The translations under genes were made by a program, and so were the position numbers. A DNA stretch of 64,000 nt, taken from assembly GCA_049516875.1 (NCBI GenBank), contig JBEKSS010000001.1, positions 320,001 through 384,000 of the forward strand. The letters are read 5' to 3'. Each line of letters begins with the position of its first letter. Position 1 is the stretch's first letter. The notes beneath the pieces are model-generated. The model was not told where the DNA came from and did not search any database. It saw only the letters and a program-made list of their open reading frames with translations. The DNA is from Candidatus Bathyarchaeia archaeon (GTDB taxonomy: Archaea; Thermoproteota; Bathyarchaeia; Bathyarchaeales; Bathycorpusculaceae). This document shows, in pieces, positions 1-9,785 of the stretch.

Positions 1-98
1 TATCCAACTGCGCTTTTTCCTTCTTTCACGAGAGCCTGAAGAATATTTGACCCGACAAAACCGGAAGCACCTGTTACAAGTACACCCATGGATGTCAT
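1..98 (-). CDS. NAD-dependent epimerase/dehydratase, 5' end only (runs off the window)
   Basis: Manual translation MTSMGVLVTGASGFVGSNIL; TGxxGxxG motif of extended SDRs. Confidence 0.75.
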   Translation of the reverse strand, partial: MTSMGVLVTGASGFVGSNILQALVKEGKSAVG

Positions 99-270
99 GA
101 GCCAACACCTGCTGAACTGATTGGAATACAGTAGTCAAATAATAAACTTATCGCAATGCGACGTTTAACGACAAGCTCATACTTCAACATACAATTCTTT
201 TAGAATCGTCGGCCAGAGTTGAACAGTGCTTAAACCTAGACCCAAGGCCTCAAACGAGCTTCCAGACATT

Positions 271-456
271 TCATGATTGAAACATAATGACTTTACGATC
301 AAGTACTGCGAATTTGTTTCCACCTAGTTCAAGAAGCATTCTGACAATTTCCATATCATAAATATCCCTGAAAGCCCCTTTGTTCGCATATGCTGCAAGA
401 ACCTCACCTATAAACATCGTGTGATCGCCAGTGTAGAATTCATTACGTAGCCTGCA
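271..456 (-). pseudogene. Flavin reductase-like protein, C-terminal remnant
   Basis: Manual translation CRLRNEFYTGDHTMFIGEVLAAY...FQS*; GDH-x-FIGEV motif; 5' part missing, abuts TAGCGCGC at 458. Confidence 0.7.
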
Positions 457-457
457 C

Positions 458-645
458 TAGCGCGCATGCGTGTTCCTAAAATGGTCAAAAATCGTCATAA
501 TTCCATTTTGCACGTTTCTGCCGCGTTCGAGGAAAACAAGTACCTATGAAGATCAAGGACAGATATTGAGCCCAAAACCCTGCCTAAACCATGAAACCCG
601 AATAAAAACCATTTTAGGCCAATTTCGGAACAAGCATGCGCGCTA
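458..645. mobile_element. MITE-like non-coding element with ~37-bp imperfect terminal inverted repeats starting TAGCGCGCATGC
   Basis: Left TAGCGCGCATGCGTGTTCCTAAAATGGTCAAAAATCG; right (reverse complement) TAGCGCGCATGCTTGTTCCGAAATTGGCCTAAAATGG; both flanking genes truncated at the ends. Confidence 0.65.
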
Positions 646-1201
646 TTCCTTTTCTGTCTTTAACGCTCAAAGTTATGTCTGTTCCTCCAGGAGAGGTAAC
701 CCTTGCTTGATTGGCTTTTGTAATCCACTCTGCGATTTTCCTCGTTTCCTCGTCTATCTCACGGTAGTCTGAAGTCATCGGTCCGCTGGGATAAAACATT
801 TCAGCGACAAACATAGGCATGCTTAGAACTCGCGTTCCAGCTTTGCAAGCGTTCACTCTAGCATCAGTGTGAGTCAATGAATAGGTCGTTATGGCGACCG
901 CCACGTCGGCACTTTTCATTTTGTCTTCAACTTCCTTTCCTGGATAGGTTCCGTGTTTGCCAATTGAGGGGTAGGTGAAGAACTTCGCTGTTTTTGGGAA
1001 ACTTTTCGGCCGCAATCTCGCTGACCGTCTTGGCAAGGATTGACCTTTCCATGACTTCAGCCAGCTTTGCGCTTATCTTGGTTTTCCATTCTTCAGCTGT
1101 AGGATTGTCGGTGATCACTACGATTTTTTCGCCGTCTTTCAGACCATGTTCACTTTGAGCATGTTGACGGTACCCTTAACAAGTTTCGCTTTGTCAATCA
1201 T
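646..1201 (-). pseudogene. Aminopeptidase-like (M29/leucyl aminopeptidase-like) pseudogene, two frameshifts, 3' truncated
   Basis: Pieces in different frames: MIDKAKLVKG..., DGEKIVVITDNPT..., KFFTYPSIGKHGTYP...SLTHT...RVTSPGGTDIT; ends at GCGCGCTA (638-645). Confidence 0.65.
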
Positions 1202-1311
1202 TTTGGTCACAGCATCATGGTTGCTTAAATATCCGTGAACTAGCTATGTTCAAAAAGCTTATAAGATTTCCGATATGCCCTTCTAGACAGAACCCCACGC
1301 GAGGTTAGATT

Positions 1312-1812
1312 GTGAAAGATGAGTCTTTAATGGATGCTATCAAGCAGCGGAGAAGCGTGCGGAGATACAAGGAGAAACCTTTTCCGATGGAAGAATTAAC
1401 TTCACTGGTCGAGGCGGCTCGTTGGGCTCCTTCTGCAGGAAACTCGCAGCCTTGGGAGTTTTTGCTGATAAACGATGAGGACATGCTGAGGGCCCTTAAG
1501 TCGGTGTCTCCAGGATGGCTCAAACAGGCTCCAGCGCTCGTAGTGACGTGTACAAACAAGAAAAGGAAGACGGACTGGAGCTTAATGGACGTTGGAGCGG
1601 CGATGCAGAACATCCTGTTGTACGCGCACTCTAGGGAGTATGGCTGTTGCCCAATCGGCAGTTTCGTAGTTGAGACGGTCAAAGAACTGTTGGAGTTGCC
1701 ACCGCATCTCGAGCCCGTGCTTTTCATTACTGTAGGGTATCCTGATGAGAAGCCACCAGCTACAAAGCGTTTGTCAACAGACGAGCTTGTTTTCAAGAGG
1801 GTTGGAAAGTGA
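1312..1812 (+). CDS. Nitroreductase family protein
   Basis: RRSVRRY and APSAGNSQPW motifs. Confidence 0.9.
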   Translation: MKDESLMDAIKQRRSVRRYKEKPFPMEELTSLVEAARWAPSAGNSQPWEFLLINDEDMLRALKSVSPGWLKQAPALVVTCTNKKRKTDWSLMDVGAAMQNILLYAHSREYGCCPIGSFVVETVKELLELPPHLEPVLFITVGYPDEKPPATKRLSTDELVFKRVGK

Positions 1813-2114
1813 CAACGAAGAAGGCGGATGATTATCTTTTTGAGATAACCTGCTTCGTGATAGCAAGTGCCGAGCGAGCAATAGGACCAGAGAGCGGCTA
1901 CGGAGCCTGCCGCCTCGTGCAGACCCTCTACATGCTGTCTTTCCTCCCAGATTACGTTGACATGAAGGGAAACGACTTGTTAATGAGGGTCAGGGCCTAT
2001 GTGGATGCGGATACTCAGAACTTCTGGCGTGAACCCCAGCTCAAGCAGTTTCTCGCAGAGCTGAGCCAGCAACTAGCGAAGGAGATCAAAAAACAGAAGA
2101 ATCTTGAAAAATAG
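1809..2114 (+). CDS. Small helical protein, DUF6092-like
   Basis: Overlaps upstream stop (GTGA); E-x-x-C...SA...YG..RL pattern as I recall for DUF6092. Confidence 0.5.
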   Translation: MTTKKADDYLFEITCFVIASAERAIGPESGYGACRLVQTLYMLSFLPDYVDMKGNDLLMRVRAYVDADTQNFWREPQLKQFLAELSQQLAKEIKKQKNLEK

Positions 2115-2158
2115 CGGCGTGCCCAAGTCTTAAATACCTTTTTTCGCAGATTAAGAGC

Positions 2159-2884
2159 TTGGTAATCAATTTGCTAAAGATCTTATATATAAACCCGGTC
2201 GGCACGAGTGCCTTCGACACGCATATGCTGGACACGATAAATGAAGTCAAGAGAACTGATGCAAAACCCAAGGTTGTTTCTCTGCGCAAGGGTCCAGTCC
2301 ACTTAGAATACCACTACTACGAGCATTTGAATCTCGGTGAAACTCTAGGATGGGTGAGGTGGGCGGAGAAGGAAGGTTACGATGCGGTCGTCATTGGCTG
2401 TTTCTACGACCCGGGATTGAGGGAAGCCAGAGAACTCGTTTCAATTCCTGTGATTTTCCCGGCAGAGGCTACAATGCATGTGGCCGCGACTCTTGGGCAC
2501 AAGTTTTCCATAATTGTGAGCAGGCGGAAATCCATTCCCAGGATGGAGAGCAACGTGTACATCTATGGACTTGAGAGGAAGCTTGCCTCGTTCAGGTCGG
2601 TAGAGTTCACTGTTCCAAGGATGGGCTCCGAACCTGAGAAACTGGAAAAGGCAATATTGAAAGAGGCCAAGAAGGCAATTGAAGAGGACGGCGCGGAAGT
2701 CATAGTTCTAGGGTGCACGCTGCTGTCTGAATTCATGAAGGAGCTGACGAAAAAGTTGAAGGTGCCGGTTCTGGACGCTGTTGTGACTTCGTGGAAGTTC
2801 GCTGAAATGATGGCTGATTTGCACCGCAAGGTTGGACTGGCACACTCAAGACTCTACGGGTACGAACCTCCACCAGACGTGTAG
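2159..2884 (+). CDS. Asp/Glu/hydantoin racemase family protein
   Basis: INP N-terminus; two catalytic Cys in IGCFYDPG and LGCT. Confidence 0.9.
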   Translation: MVINLLKILYINPVGTSAFDTHMLDTINEVKRTDAKPKVVSLRKGPVHLEYHYYEHLNLGETLGWVRWAEKEGYDAVVIGCFYDPGLREARELVSIPVIFPAEATMHVAATLGHKFSIIVSRRKSIPRMESNVYIYGLERKLASFRSVEFTVPRMGSEPEKLEKAILKEAKKAIEEDGAEVIVLGCTLLSEFMKELTKKLKVPVLDAVVTSWKFAEMMADLHRKVGLAHSRLYGYEPPPDV

Positions 2885-3045
2885 CGCGCGCTAAGGCGCA
2901 AATATGTTTCTTGCATCACCTGATGCTCAAACTGTTTTTCGGGGTACTTCACATACTACGTGATCCGCCCAAAACACTGTGAGATCAAAGAAAGACTTTT
3001 AGGGGCTTCTTGAGATGCTAGTTATCTGTTCTGAGATGATTCCAA

Positions 3046-4467
3046 ATGCAGGAAGATGCTCTGGCAGAAGAACTTGATTACATTTTTAATCCAAGGTCAA
3101 TCGCAGTGATTGGTGCCTCAACAGAACCAAAAAAACTCGGAAACAGAATATTGAATAACCTGATAAACAGAAAATATACCGGCAAGTTATTCCCAATAAA
3201 CCCGCGCGACAGGGAAATAATGGGCTTCCAAGCCTACTCTAAGGTTGTTGAGGTCCCGGAAACGATAGACGTAGCGGTAATCGTTGTGCCTGCGTCAGCT
3301 GTTCTGCAGGCCATGGAAGAATGTGTCAAGAAAGGTGTTAGAGGAGCTGTGATAATCACGTCAGGTTTTGCAGAAACAGGCGTAAAAGGAAGAGAGTTGC
3401 AGGAGAGAATGGCTGAGGTAGCACATAAAGGAGGATTAAGGTTTGTGGGGCCAAATTGCGAAGGAATCTTCAACGCATCAGCAAACGTAGATATGACATT
3501 CGCACCAAAATCCCCGAAAAAGGGAGGCATTTCATTCATTTCCCAAAGCGGGGCTATCGGGGCAAATACAATGTTTCGCTGGGGCGCTGAACGAGGCGTA
3601 GGATTCAACGTGTTTTGCAGTTCCGGCAACGAGGCCGATCTCAGCTCAGCTGATTACCTTCAATACGTCGGCCAAGACGAGGATACCAGAGTCGTCATGA
3701 TGTATGTTGAAGGAATAAAGAAAGGGAGGCTATTCTTTGAGGTAGCTAAGAGAACTTCACAAACGAAACCTATCGTACTGATGAAAGGGGGACAAACAGA
3801 GGCTGGAAGCAGAGCTGTATCATCGCACACTGGAGTTCTCTCAGGCTCGAGTGTCATTTTCGACACTGTCTGTAGACAGACGGGTATAGTGAAAGTTGAC
3901 GATGTTGACGAACTTTTCGATGTTTCTATGACGTTTGAAACTCAACCACTCCCTAAAGGAAGCAATGTTGGAATAGTGACAGGTGCAGGCGGTGGCATGG
4001 GAGTTGTTGCAGTTGATGCCTGCATAAAGCGAGAATTGTACGTCCCTGTATTCTCCGAGAACACCATTGCCCAGCTGAAAGCCAGTCTGCCTCCCTACGC
4101 TCCGGTCAACAATCCGGTCGATCTTACACCTCCCTTTGATCCCGCGCGCCTAGTCAAATGTACTGAAATAGTACTCCAAGACGAGAAAATAGACTCAGTG
4201 ATCTCAATGGGCTTTGGCTGGAGAACAGACATGGTTTCGGTTGAACTAGCGGCTGTTGAAGAATTCCTCGGGTTGAAAAAATACGGGAAACCAATCGTTA
4301 TGGTATCGGTCGCCAGCAAATGCGAATTTGAAACTTTGAGAAAGCTTGAAGCCGAAGGTATACCTGTTTTCCTTACGCCAGGAAAAGCCTCAAGGGCGAT
4401 TGCAGCTTTGGTTCAATATCAAAAATTCAAAAGCAAACAAAAAGGGTATTCTGAGACTCGCCTCTAG
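3046..4467 (+). CDS. acdA: ADP-forming acyl/acetate-CoA ligase alpha subunit
   Basis: PRSIAVIGAS CoA-binding domain, GPNC, SQSG, phospho-His in SHTG, NPVD. Confidence 0.9.
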   Translation: MQEDALAEELDYIFNPRSIAVIGASTEPKKLGNRILNNLINRKYTGKLFPINPRDREIMGFQAYSKVVEVPETIDVAVIVVPASAVLQAMEECVKKGVRGAVIITSGFAETGVKGRELQERMAEVAHKGGLRFVGPNCEGIFNASANVDMTFAPKSPKKGGISFISQSGAIGANTMFRWGAERGVGFNVFCSSGNEADLSSADYLQYVGQDEDTRVVMMYVEGIKKGRLFFEVAKRTSQTKPIVLMKGGQTEAGSRAVSSHTGVLSGSSVIFDTVCRQTGIVKVDDVDELFDVSMTFETQPLPKGSNVGIVTGAGGGMGVVAVDACIKRELYVPVFSENTIAQLKASLPPYAPVNNPVDLTPPFDPARLVKCTEIVLQDEKIDSVISMGFGWRTDMVSVELAAVEEFLGLKKYGKPIVMVSVASKCEFETLRKLEAEGIPVFLTPGKASRAIAALVQYQKFKSKQKGYSETRL

Positions 4468-5450
4468 CGAAGCGCGTCCTTGTTGACCAAGTTGACAGGT
4501 GTTTTGCCATTGAGTGCTCTGACAACGTCTTCGGCCAGGGTGACTATCATTTTGATTCTAGAGTCTTTTGTATGACCTGCAACATGTGGTGTCACAACCA
4601 AATTCTGCAGTTTGAGGATAGGGTCAGTTGCTCTAATCGGCTCTTCTTCAAAGACATCCAAGGCTGCGCCGGCTATTCTTCTGCCTTCTAATGCTGCATA
4701 TAAAGCTCTTTGATCCACTACTCCACCACGAGATGTGTTAATGAAGTATGCGGTTTTCTTCATCGCTTTGAATTCTTCTTCACCGAACATGCGCTCTGTC
4801 TCTTTTGCAAGAGCAACATGCACCGTTATGAAATCTGCTTCCTTTAGCAGAGTTTGAAGATCAGTGTACTCAATTCCAAGCTCCTTTTCTGCATCAGCCT
4901 TTCTTCTTCGACTCTGGTACACGATGCGCATGTTGAGGCCTTTTGCCTTCCGAGCAACAGCCATGCCTATCGTTCCTAAGCCCACTATACCAAGTGTCTT
5001 CCCAGCCAAGTCTATGTTTTTGGGAAGAAGCTTGTCTCTTATGCCCCAGTTTCCTTTCCTGACTTCTCTGTCGAATTCCAAAAGGTTCTTTGCCATCGCA
5101 AGGATCAAGCAGAGAACGTGTTCTGCCACTGAATCGGTGTTCATAACGGGCAGATTGACGACCATTATCTTCTTCCCAGTTGCCGCCACAACGTCTATGT
5201 TATCCACGCCTACCCCAGTTCTTGCTATCACTTTCAGCTTGTCGGCGCTCTCGATGATTCTTCCTGTGATCTTTGCCATGCGCACAACTATGGCGTCTGT
5301 GTCTTTTGCCTCTTTGATGAGATTGTCTTCAGATGTACCTGATGCTACATTGATTGTGCCCATTTTTCTTAGGATGTCAAGACCAGCATTGTCCACTAGT
5401 TCGATCAGGGGCTCAGTTAGTAATATCTTCATTTTTCGTTCTCCCAACAT
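4464..5450 (-). CDS. D-isomer-specific 2-hydroxyacid dehydrogenase
   Basis: GVGVDNID, GLGTIG, INTSRG, DVFEEEP, TPHVAG. Confidence 0.92.
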   Translation of the reverse strand: MLGERKMKILLTEPLIELVDNAGLDILRKMGTINVASGTSEDNLIKEAKDTDAIVVRMAKITGRIIESADKLKVIARTGVGVDNIDVVAATGKKIMVVNLPVMNTDSVAEHVLCLILAMAKNLLEFDREVRKGNWGIRDKLLPKNIDLAGKTLGIVGLGTIGMAVARKAKGLNMRIVYQSRRRKADAEKELGIEYTDLQTLLKEADFITVHVALAKETERMFGEEEFKAMKKTAYFINTSRGGVVDQRALYAALEGRRIAGAALDVFEEEPIRATDPILKLQNLVVTPHVAGHTKDSRIKMIVTLAEDVVRALNGKTPVNLVNKDALR

Positions 5451-5478
5451 TAAAAAGAAGAGAGTAGATTTGTGAAGG

Positions 5479-6678
5479 TTACTTCCCGCGTAGTTGGTTG
5501 ACGATAGATTTGAATTCTTCGTCGGAAACTAGTCCCTTTTTGCTTTCTCCTAAAGCTTTCACTTTGCCTAGTATTGGTTCAATCTGTTCTTCAGGCACGG
5601 TTATTCCGAGATTCTTCAGTTTCCATTCAATGGAGTGTCTTCCGCTCTTCTTTCCCAGGACTATTTCCCTTTTGCCGCCAACGAGTTCAGGAACAAAGCT
5701 TTCAACAGCTGGTGGATAGCTTATCAATTGCATTACAGTGACGCCAGATTCTCTCTTGAACACGTTCTCGCCCACGACGGGCTTAAACGGTGGCATTCTA
5801 ACTCCTGATAATCGTTCGACAAGCTTCGAAGTCTGAACCAGCTTATCATACTTCAATCCAACGTCAATTCCGTACAGAAGATATAGTGACAGCGCTAGTT
5901 CGCTGAGGTCTGTGTTACCAGCTTTCTCACCTAGACCATTTATTGTCACGTGCGCCCATTCAGCGCCTGCTTTTATAGCTGCAAGTTCACACGCTGTGCT
6001 AAGCCCAAAATCGTTGTGGCAGTGAATATGAATCGGAACCTTGAACCATTCTTTGAATTTCTTGGTCAAGTAGTACATTGCCTCTGGAAGGGCTACTCCA
6101 AGCGTATCCACAACTATGAGCTCATCAGCTTTTCCTTCGTTCACCGCCGCGGTATTGATTGTCTTTAGAAAATCCAGATCAGCTCTTGTCATATCGACAG
6201 AAAAGAATGCTGTGTGAAGACCATGGTCTTTAGCGTACTTTAAGGTCTCTACAGCGCGCGTCAAGGCTTTTTCTCTGTCCATGCCGTAAGCCTTGAATTT
6301 CAGCTCACTGGTCGCGATTTCACATACTACAGCATCGACATCTGCCTCTAGACAGGCATCGACGTCTGTTTTGATGCATCTACAGAAACCCCAGACTTCA
6401 GCGCTCAATCCTAGATTCGCTATGGCTTTAACAGCAGCCTTGTCTTCTGGAGAGACAACAGGCATCCCTGCCTCGATCCTCTGTACACCGAGTCCGTCCA
6501 ATGCCTTCGCTATTTTCACTTTTTCTTCCTTTTTGAAAACGACTCCAGGGGTTTGTTCTCCGTCTCTCAAAGTCACATCATAAAAACCCACTTTCTCGGG
6601 CAAATTCATTCCGCGTCTAACTTCATCAATGGAGTTAAATGGGCTCACCCACCACTTTTCTTCCAAATGTATCACCAT
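5479..6678 (-). CDS. DRE-TIM metallolyase (homocitrate/isopropylmalate/citramalate synthase family), no regulatory domain
   Basis: DVTLRDGEQ, HCHNDFG, NGLGEKAGN, GKKSG. Confidence 0.88.
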   Translation of the reverse strand: MVIHLEEKWWVSPFNSIDEVRRGMNLPEKVGFYDVTLRDGEQTPGVVFKKEEKVKIAKALDGLGVQRIEAGMPVVSPEDKAAVKAIANLGLSAEVWGFCRCIKTDVDACLEADVDAVVCEIATSELKFKAYGMDREKALTRAVETLKYAKDHGLHTAFFSVDMTRADLDFLKTINTAAVNEGKADELIVVDTLGVALPEAMYYLTKKFKEWFKVPIHIHCHNDFGLSTACELAAIKAGAEWAHVTINGLGEKAGNTDLSELALSLYLLYGIDVGLKYDKLVQTSKLVERLSGVRMPPFKPVVGENVFKRESGVTVMQLISYPPAVESFVPELVGGKREIVLGKKSGRHSIEWKLKNLGITVPEEQIEPILGKVKALGESKKGLVSDEEFKSIVNQLRGK

Positions 6679-6821
6679 TATTTCAAAAACCCTTTGAAAA
6701 CTGGGGTTAATAAGCTTTGATCAGCGAGTTACAAGATTGGATAAGTCTCTGAAGGTGGATTGCGTGCTTGCTCTGAAAAGAATGGGGTTTGCGATGAAAA
6801 CTTGCAAAAAGTCGGATGTTC

Positions 6822-8954
6822 CTATGATAAGTTTTCTGGGTTAATTGTCTGAGTTGTAGGAAGTCTTTGACCAAAGGAGAGTGAACTCCAAGTTTGGTCC
6901 ACTTCTTGCTGGATCTCTTGGATTTCTTGGTCTGATAAGCTATCGAATCTCCCTTGGGCCTTTAGATATTCACGCACTGGTATTCTTTTTTCTGGTTTCA
7001 GGCTGAGCTTCATTTTGCCTTCTTCGACTTCATAGAGAATCCACGTACCGCTCTGAACAGCAAGCCTAGCCACTCTCACTGTTTCCGATGTTGCGAACCT
7101 CCAGCCGGTCGGGCACGGGGCATGTATGTGCAAGTACGCAAGACCCTTGTCTTCCGCAACTATTTTCGCAGCCTTGCTAACTTTTCTGTTGAGATCCGGA
7201 ATGTAAGCTATTGACGCTGTTGCCACATATGGGATTCTGTGCATGGCCATAAGGGCGGCCATGTCTTTTCTGAACGTCTTCCTTTTCCTTCTTGCTCCAT
7301 ATGGAGTAGTCGTCGTCCAAGCGCCAAATGGAGTGCTTCCACTCTTTTGAATCCCCGTGTTCATGTAAGCCTCGTTGTCGTAGCAGATGTAGATTATCGA
7401 CTCGCCTCGCTCAGCCGCAGCTGAAAGAGCCTGCAAGCCAATGTCCACTGTTCCCCCATCACCAGCGAGGCCGACTACATTTACGTGTGATTTGCCACGG
7501 ATCTTCAGCCCCGCTCTCAGACCTGTAGCCACTGCTGCTGTGCCTGCGAAGACGACTTCAGCAAAAGGCAGCTTTACCAATGGTTTAAGAGCCAAGGCAC
7601 TTTGCATCGTGACACCTGCACAGCCTGGAATGAATGTGAACACTGTATTCTTGCCTAAGGTCTGGAATACGTGGCGAGCGGTCAGCAACATGCCACAACC
7701 TGCACACGCTCGAACTCCAGGGAGAACTATACGGTCCGCATACTTCTCAAGTGGTGCTGACTTGGTAACGGGTATTTGAACCTCGTCGAGCCATTCTACA
7801 GATTCTCCTGTTCCCTTCTTCACACTTTCAAGCGTTTTATTGGCCATGAATTTGAAGTGCTCAATCGTTATCTCTCGGCCGGCTAGTCCTGCGATGAAGT
7901 TTGTTAAACAAGGTTTGTTGTCAAGATTGTACAAGGCTGACTTGAGTTCTGTGAAGACTGCTCCACCGCGTCCGCCGATACCGTGAGTCACGTCACGATC
8001 AACAACAACAACGGCTTTCACATCCTTACATGCTTCTCTCAGTTCTTCGTCTGGAAAGGGTCTATATGATCTGAGCCTAACCAAACCCGCTTGGAACCCT
8101 TCTTTTCGCAGCTCATCTACGGCAACTCTGGCTGTACCGGTCATAGACCCCATTGTCATTAGCAAAAGTTCTGCATCGTTACATCTGTACTTATCTATCA
8201 AACCGTATTCTCTCCCGAATATTTTCCCGTATTCGCTGCCGACTTCTTTCATCACGTTCTTGGCATTGTCCATGCAGTCATCTGTCTGATGCTCAAATGA
8301 AATGACCCAAGGTCGAGGTGGAACGATAGCGGCCATTCTGTTGTCAGGGTCAAGTATGAAGTGTTCAGGGGCATAAGAAGGCAGGAAATTGTCAACGACT
8401 TCTTGATCTGGAATTTCAACGTTCTCAGCCGTGTGAGAAACGAGGAAGCCGTCCATGCAGACCATTGCTGGCAATAGGACTCTCTTGTCCTCAGCGATCT
8501 TGTACGCCTGAATTATCGTATCCAAGACTTCTTGCGCATTTTCTGCGAACAGTTGCAACCAACCGGAAGTGCTCTCCGCCATCGTGTCAGAATAGTCGCA
8601 CGTTGTGGCCCAAGGCGTTGACAAAGTTCGGTTTGCAATGGCCATTACAATGGGCAAGTGATATCCATGAGCGTGGTAGACAAATTCATGCATGTAGGCG
8701 AGACCTTGAGAGGCTGTCGCGGTGAAGACTCTGACTCCGCTCAAAGAGGCACCAATGCAGACGCCCATAGCGCTGTGTTCCGATTCAACAGGAATATATT
8801 CGGCTTTGAGTTCTCCACGGTTGATAAAGTTCGCAAGATGTTCTACAATTGCCGTTGATGGACTGATCGGATATGCAGCTATTACTTTTGGTCTAGAGAG
8901 TTTTGCTCCATGTGCTGCAGCCAAGTTTCCAGACATTAAATCCTTTTTAGGCAT
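6822..8954 (-). CDS. 2-oxoacid:ferredoxin oxidoreductase, fused alpha+beta subunits
   Basis: Alpha motifs YPISP, ESEH, TASQG followed in frame by beta motifs ACAGCG, GDGG, DNEAYMNTG, CPTGW. Confidence 0.9.
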   Translation of the reverse strand: MPKKDLMSGNLAAAHGAKLSRPKVIAAYPISPSTAIVEHLANFINRGELKAEYIPVESEHSAMGVCIGASLSGVRVFTATASQGLAYMHEFVYHAHGYHLPIVMAIANRTLSTPWATTCDYSDTMAESTSGWLQLFAENAQEVLDTIIQAYKIAEDKRVLLPAMVCMDGFLVSHTAENVEIPDQEVVDNFLPSYAPEHFILDPDNRMAAIVPPRPWVISFEHQTDDCMDNAKNVMKEVGSEYGKIFGREYGLIDKYRCNDAELLLMTMGSMTGTARVAVDELRKEGFQAGLVRLRSYRPFPDEELREACKDVKAVVVVDRDVTHGIGGRGGAVFTELKSALYNLDNKPCLTNFIAGLAGREITIEHFKFMANKTLESVKKGTGESVEWLDEVQIPVTKSAPLEKYADRIVLPGVRACAGCGMLLTARHVFQTLGKNTVFTFIPGCAGVTMQSALALKPLVKLPFAEVVFAGTAAVATGLRAGLKIRGKSHVNVVGLAGDGGTVDIGLQALSAAAERGESIIYICYDNEAYMNTGIQKSGSTPFGAWTTTTPYGARRKRKTFRKDMAALMAMHRIPYVATASIAYIPDLNRKVSKAAKIVAEDKGLAYLHIHAPCPTGWRFATSETVRVARLAVQSGTWILYEVEEGKMKLSLKPEKRIPVREYLKAQGRFDSLSDQEIQEIQQEVDQTWSSLSFGQRLPTTQTINPENLS

Positions 8955-8969
8955 AAGCTAACCTCTTGT

Positions 8970-9224
8970 TTACTCTTCTTCCAAGACCATTTCGATGGCC
9001 TCAGTCGGACATTCTTTCGCACATACTCCACAGCCCTTACAGAATACATAGTCAATTTCGACGCCATCTTTTGTCCTGAAGATTACTCCATCCGGACAAA
9101 ACATTACACAGAGACCACACTTCTTGCAAGCCTCGTTCTTCACGACTGGCTTGAACGTTCTCCAACTGCCGGTTTCTGCGCTCTCTGTTTCGGTTCCAAT
9201 AGGAACAAGTGGAAGCTTCTTCAT
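8970..9224 (-). CDS. porD: 2-oxoacid:ferredoxin oxidoreductase delta subunit
   Basis: TGSWRTFKP plus two CxxCxxCxxxCP motifs. Confidence 0.9.
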   Translation of the reverse strand: MKKLPLVPIGTETESAETGSWRTFKPVVKNEACKKCGLCVMFCPDGVIFRTKDGVEIDYVFCKGCGVCAKECPTEAIEMVLEEE

Positions 9225-9785
9225 CTAATTCACCTTCAATTCCAAAGCGGTAGTCTTTTCGTAAGCAATCTCAGCTGCCTTGACGTTCTTCTCAGCGGCA
9301 TCCTTAGAGAATCGGTTTGTTATCGCTTTGCGGACTGCTTTAATTCCGACCCAACCAGTAGCAACCGAAAAAGCTCCTAGCATTGCCATGTTCGTGATTG
9401 GGTTGCCAATTGTCTTCAAAGCAATGCCCGTAGCATCGACTGCAGCTATCTTGGACGGCTTACCTTGAATTGTTATTTCGGACGGCTTCATCACCGAATT
9501 GAGAACTACTATGCCGCCCTCCACTAGACCTTCCACAACATTAACCGTCCTTACAAGCTTGGGGTCGAGAACGACAACACAGCTTGGATGGTGGATCTCA
9601 GTCCTGACGCGTATTGGCACATCATCGATTCTTGTGAATGCAACGACTGGAGCCCCGCGCCTTTCTGGTCCAAAGTAAGGAAAGGACTGTGCATATTTTC
9701 CTTCATAGAATGCGGCTAGGGCAAGAATCTCCCCTGCGGTCGCGGCTCCTTGGCCTCCTCTTCCATGAATTCTGATCTCCTTCAT
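9225..9785 (-). CDS. porG: 2-oxoacid:ferredoxin oxidoreductase gamma subunit
   Basis: [17 protein letters not shown]. Confidence 0.9.
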   Translation of the reverse strand: MKEIRIHGRGGQGAATAGEILALAAFYEGKYAQSFPYFGPERRGAPVVAFTRIDDVPIRVRTEIHHPSCVVVLDPKLVRTVNVVEGLVEGGIVVLNSVMKPSEITIQGKPSKIAAVDATGIALKTIGNPITNMAMLGAFSVATGWVGIKAVRKAITNRFSKDAAEKNVKAAEIAYEKTTALELKVN

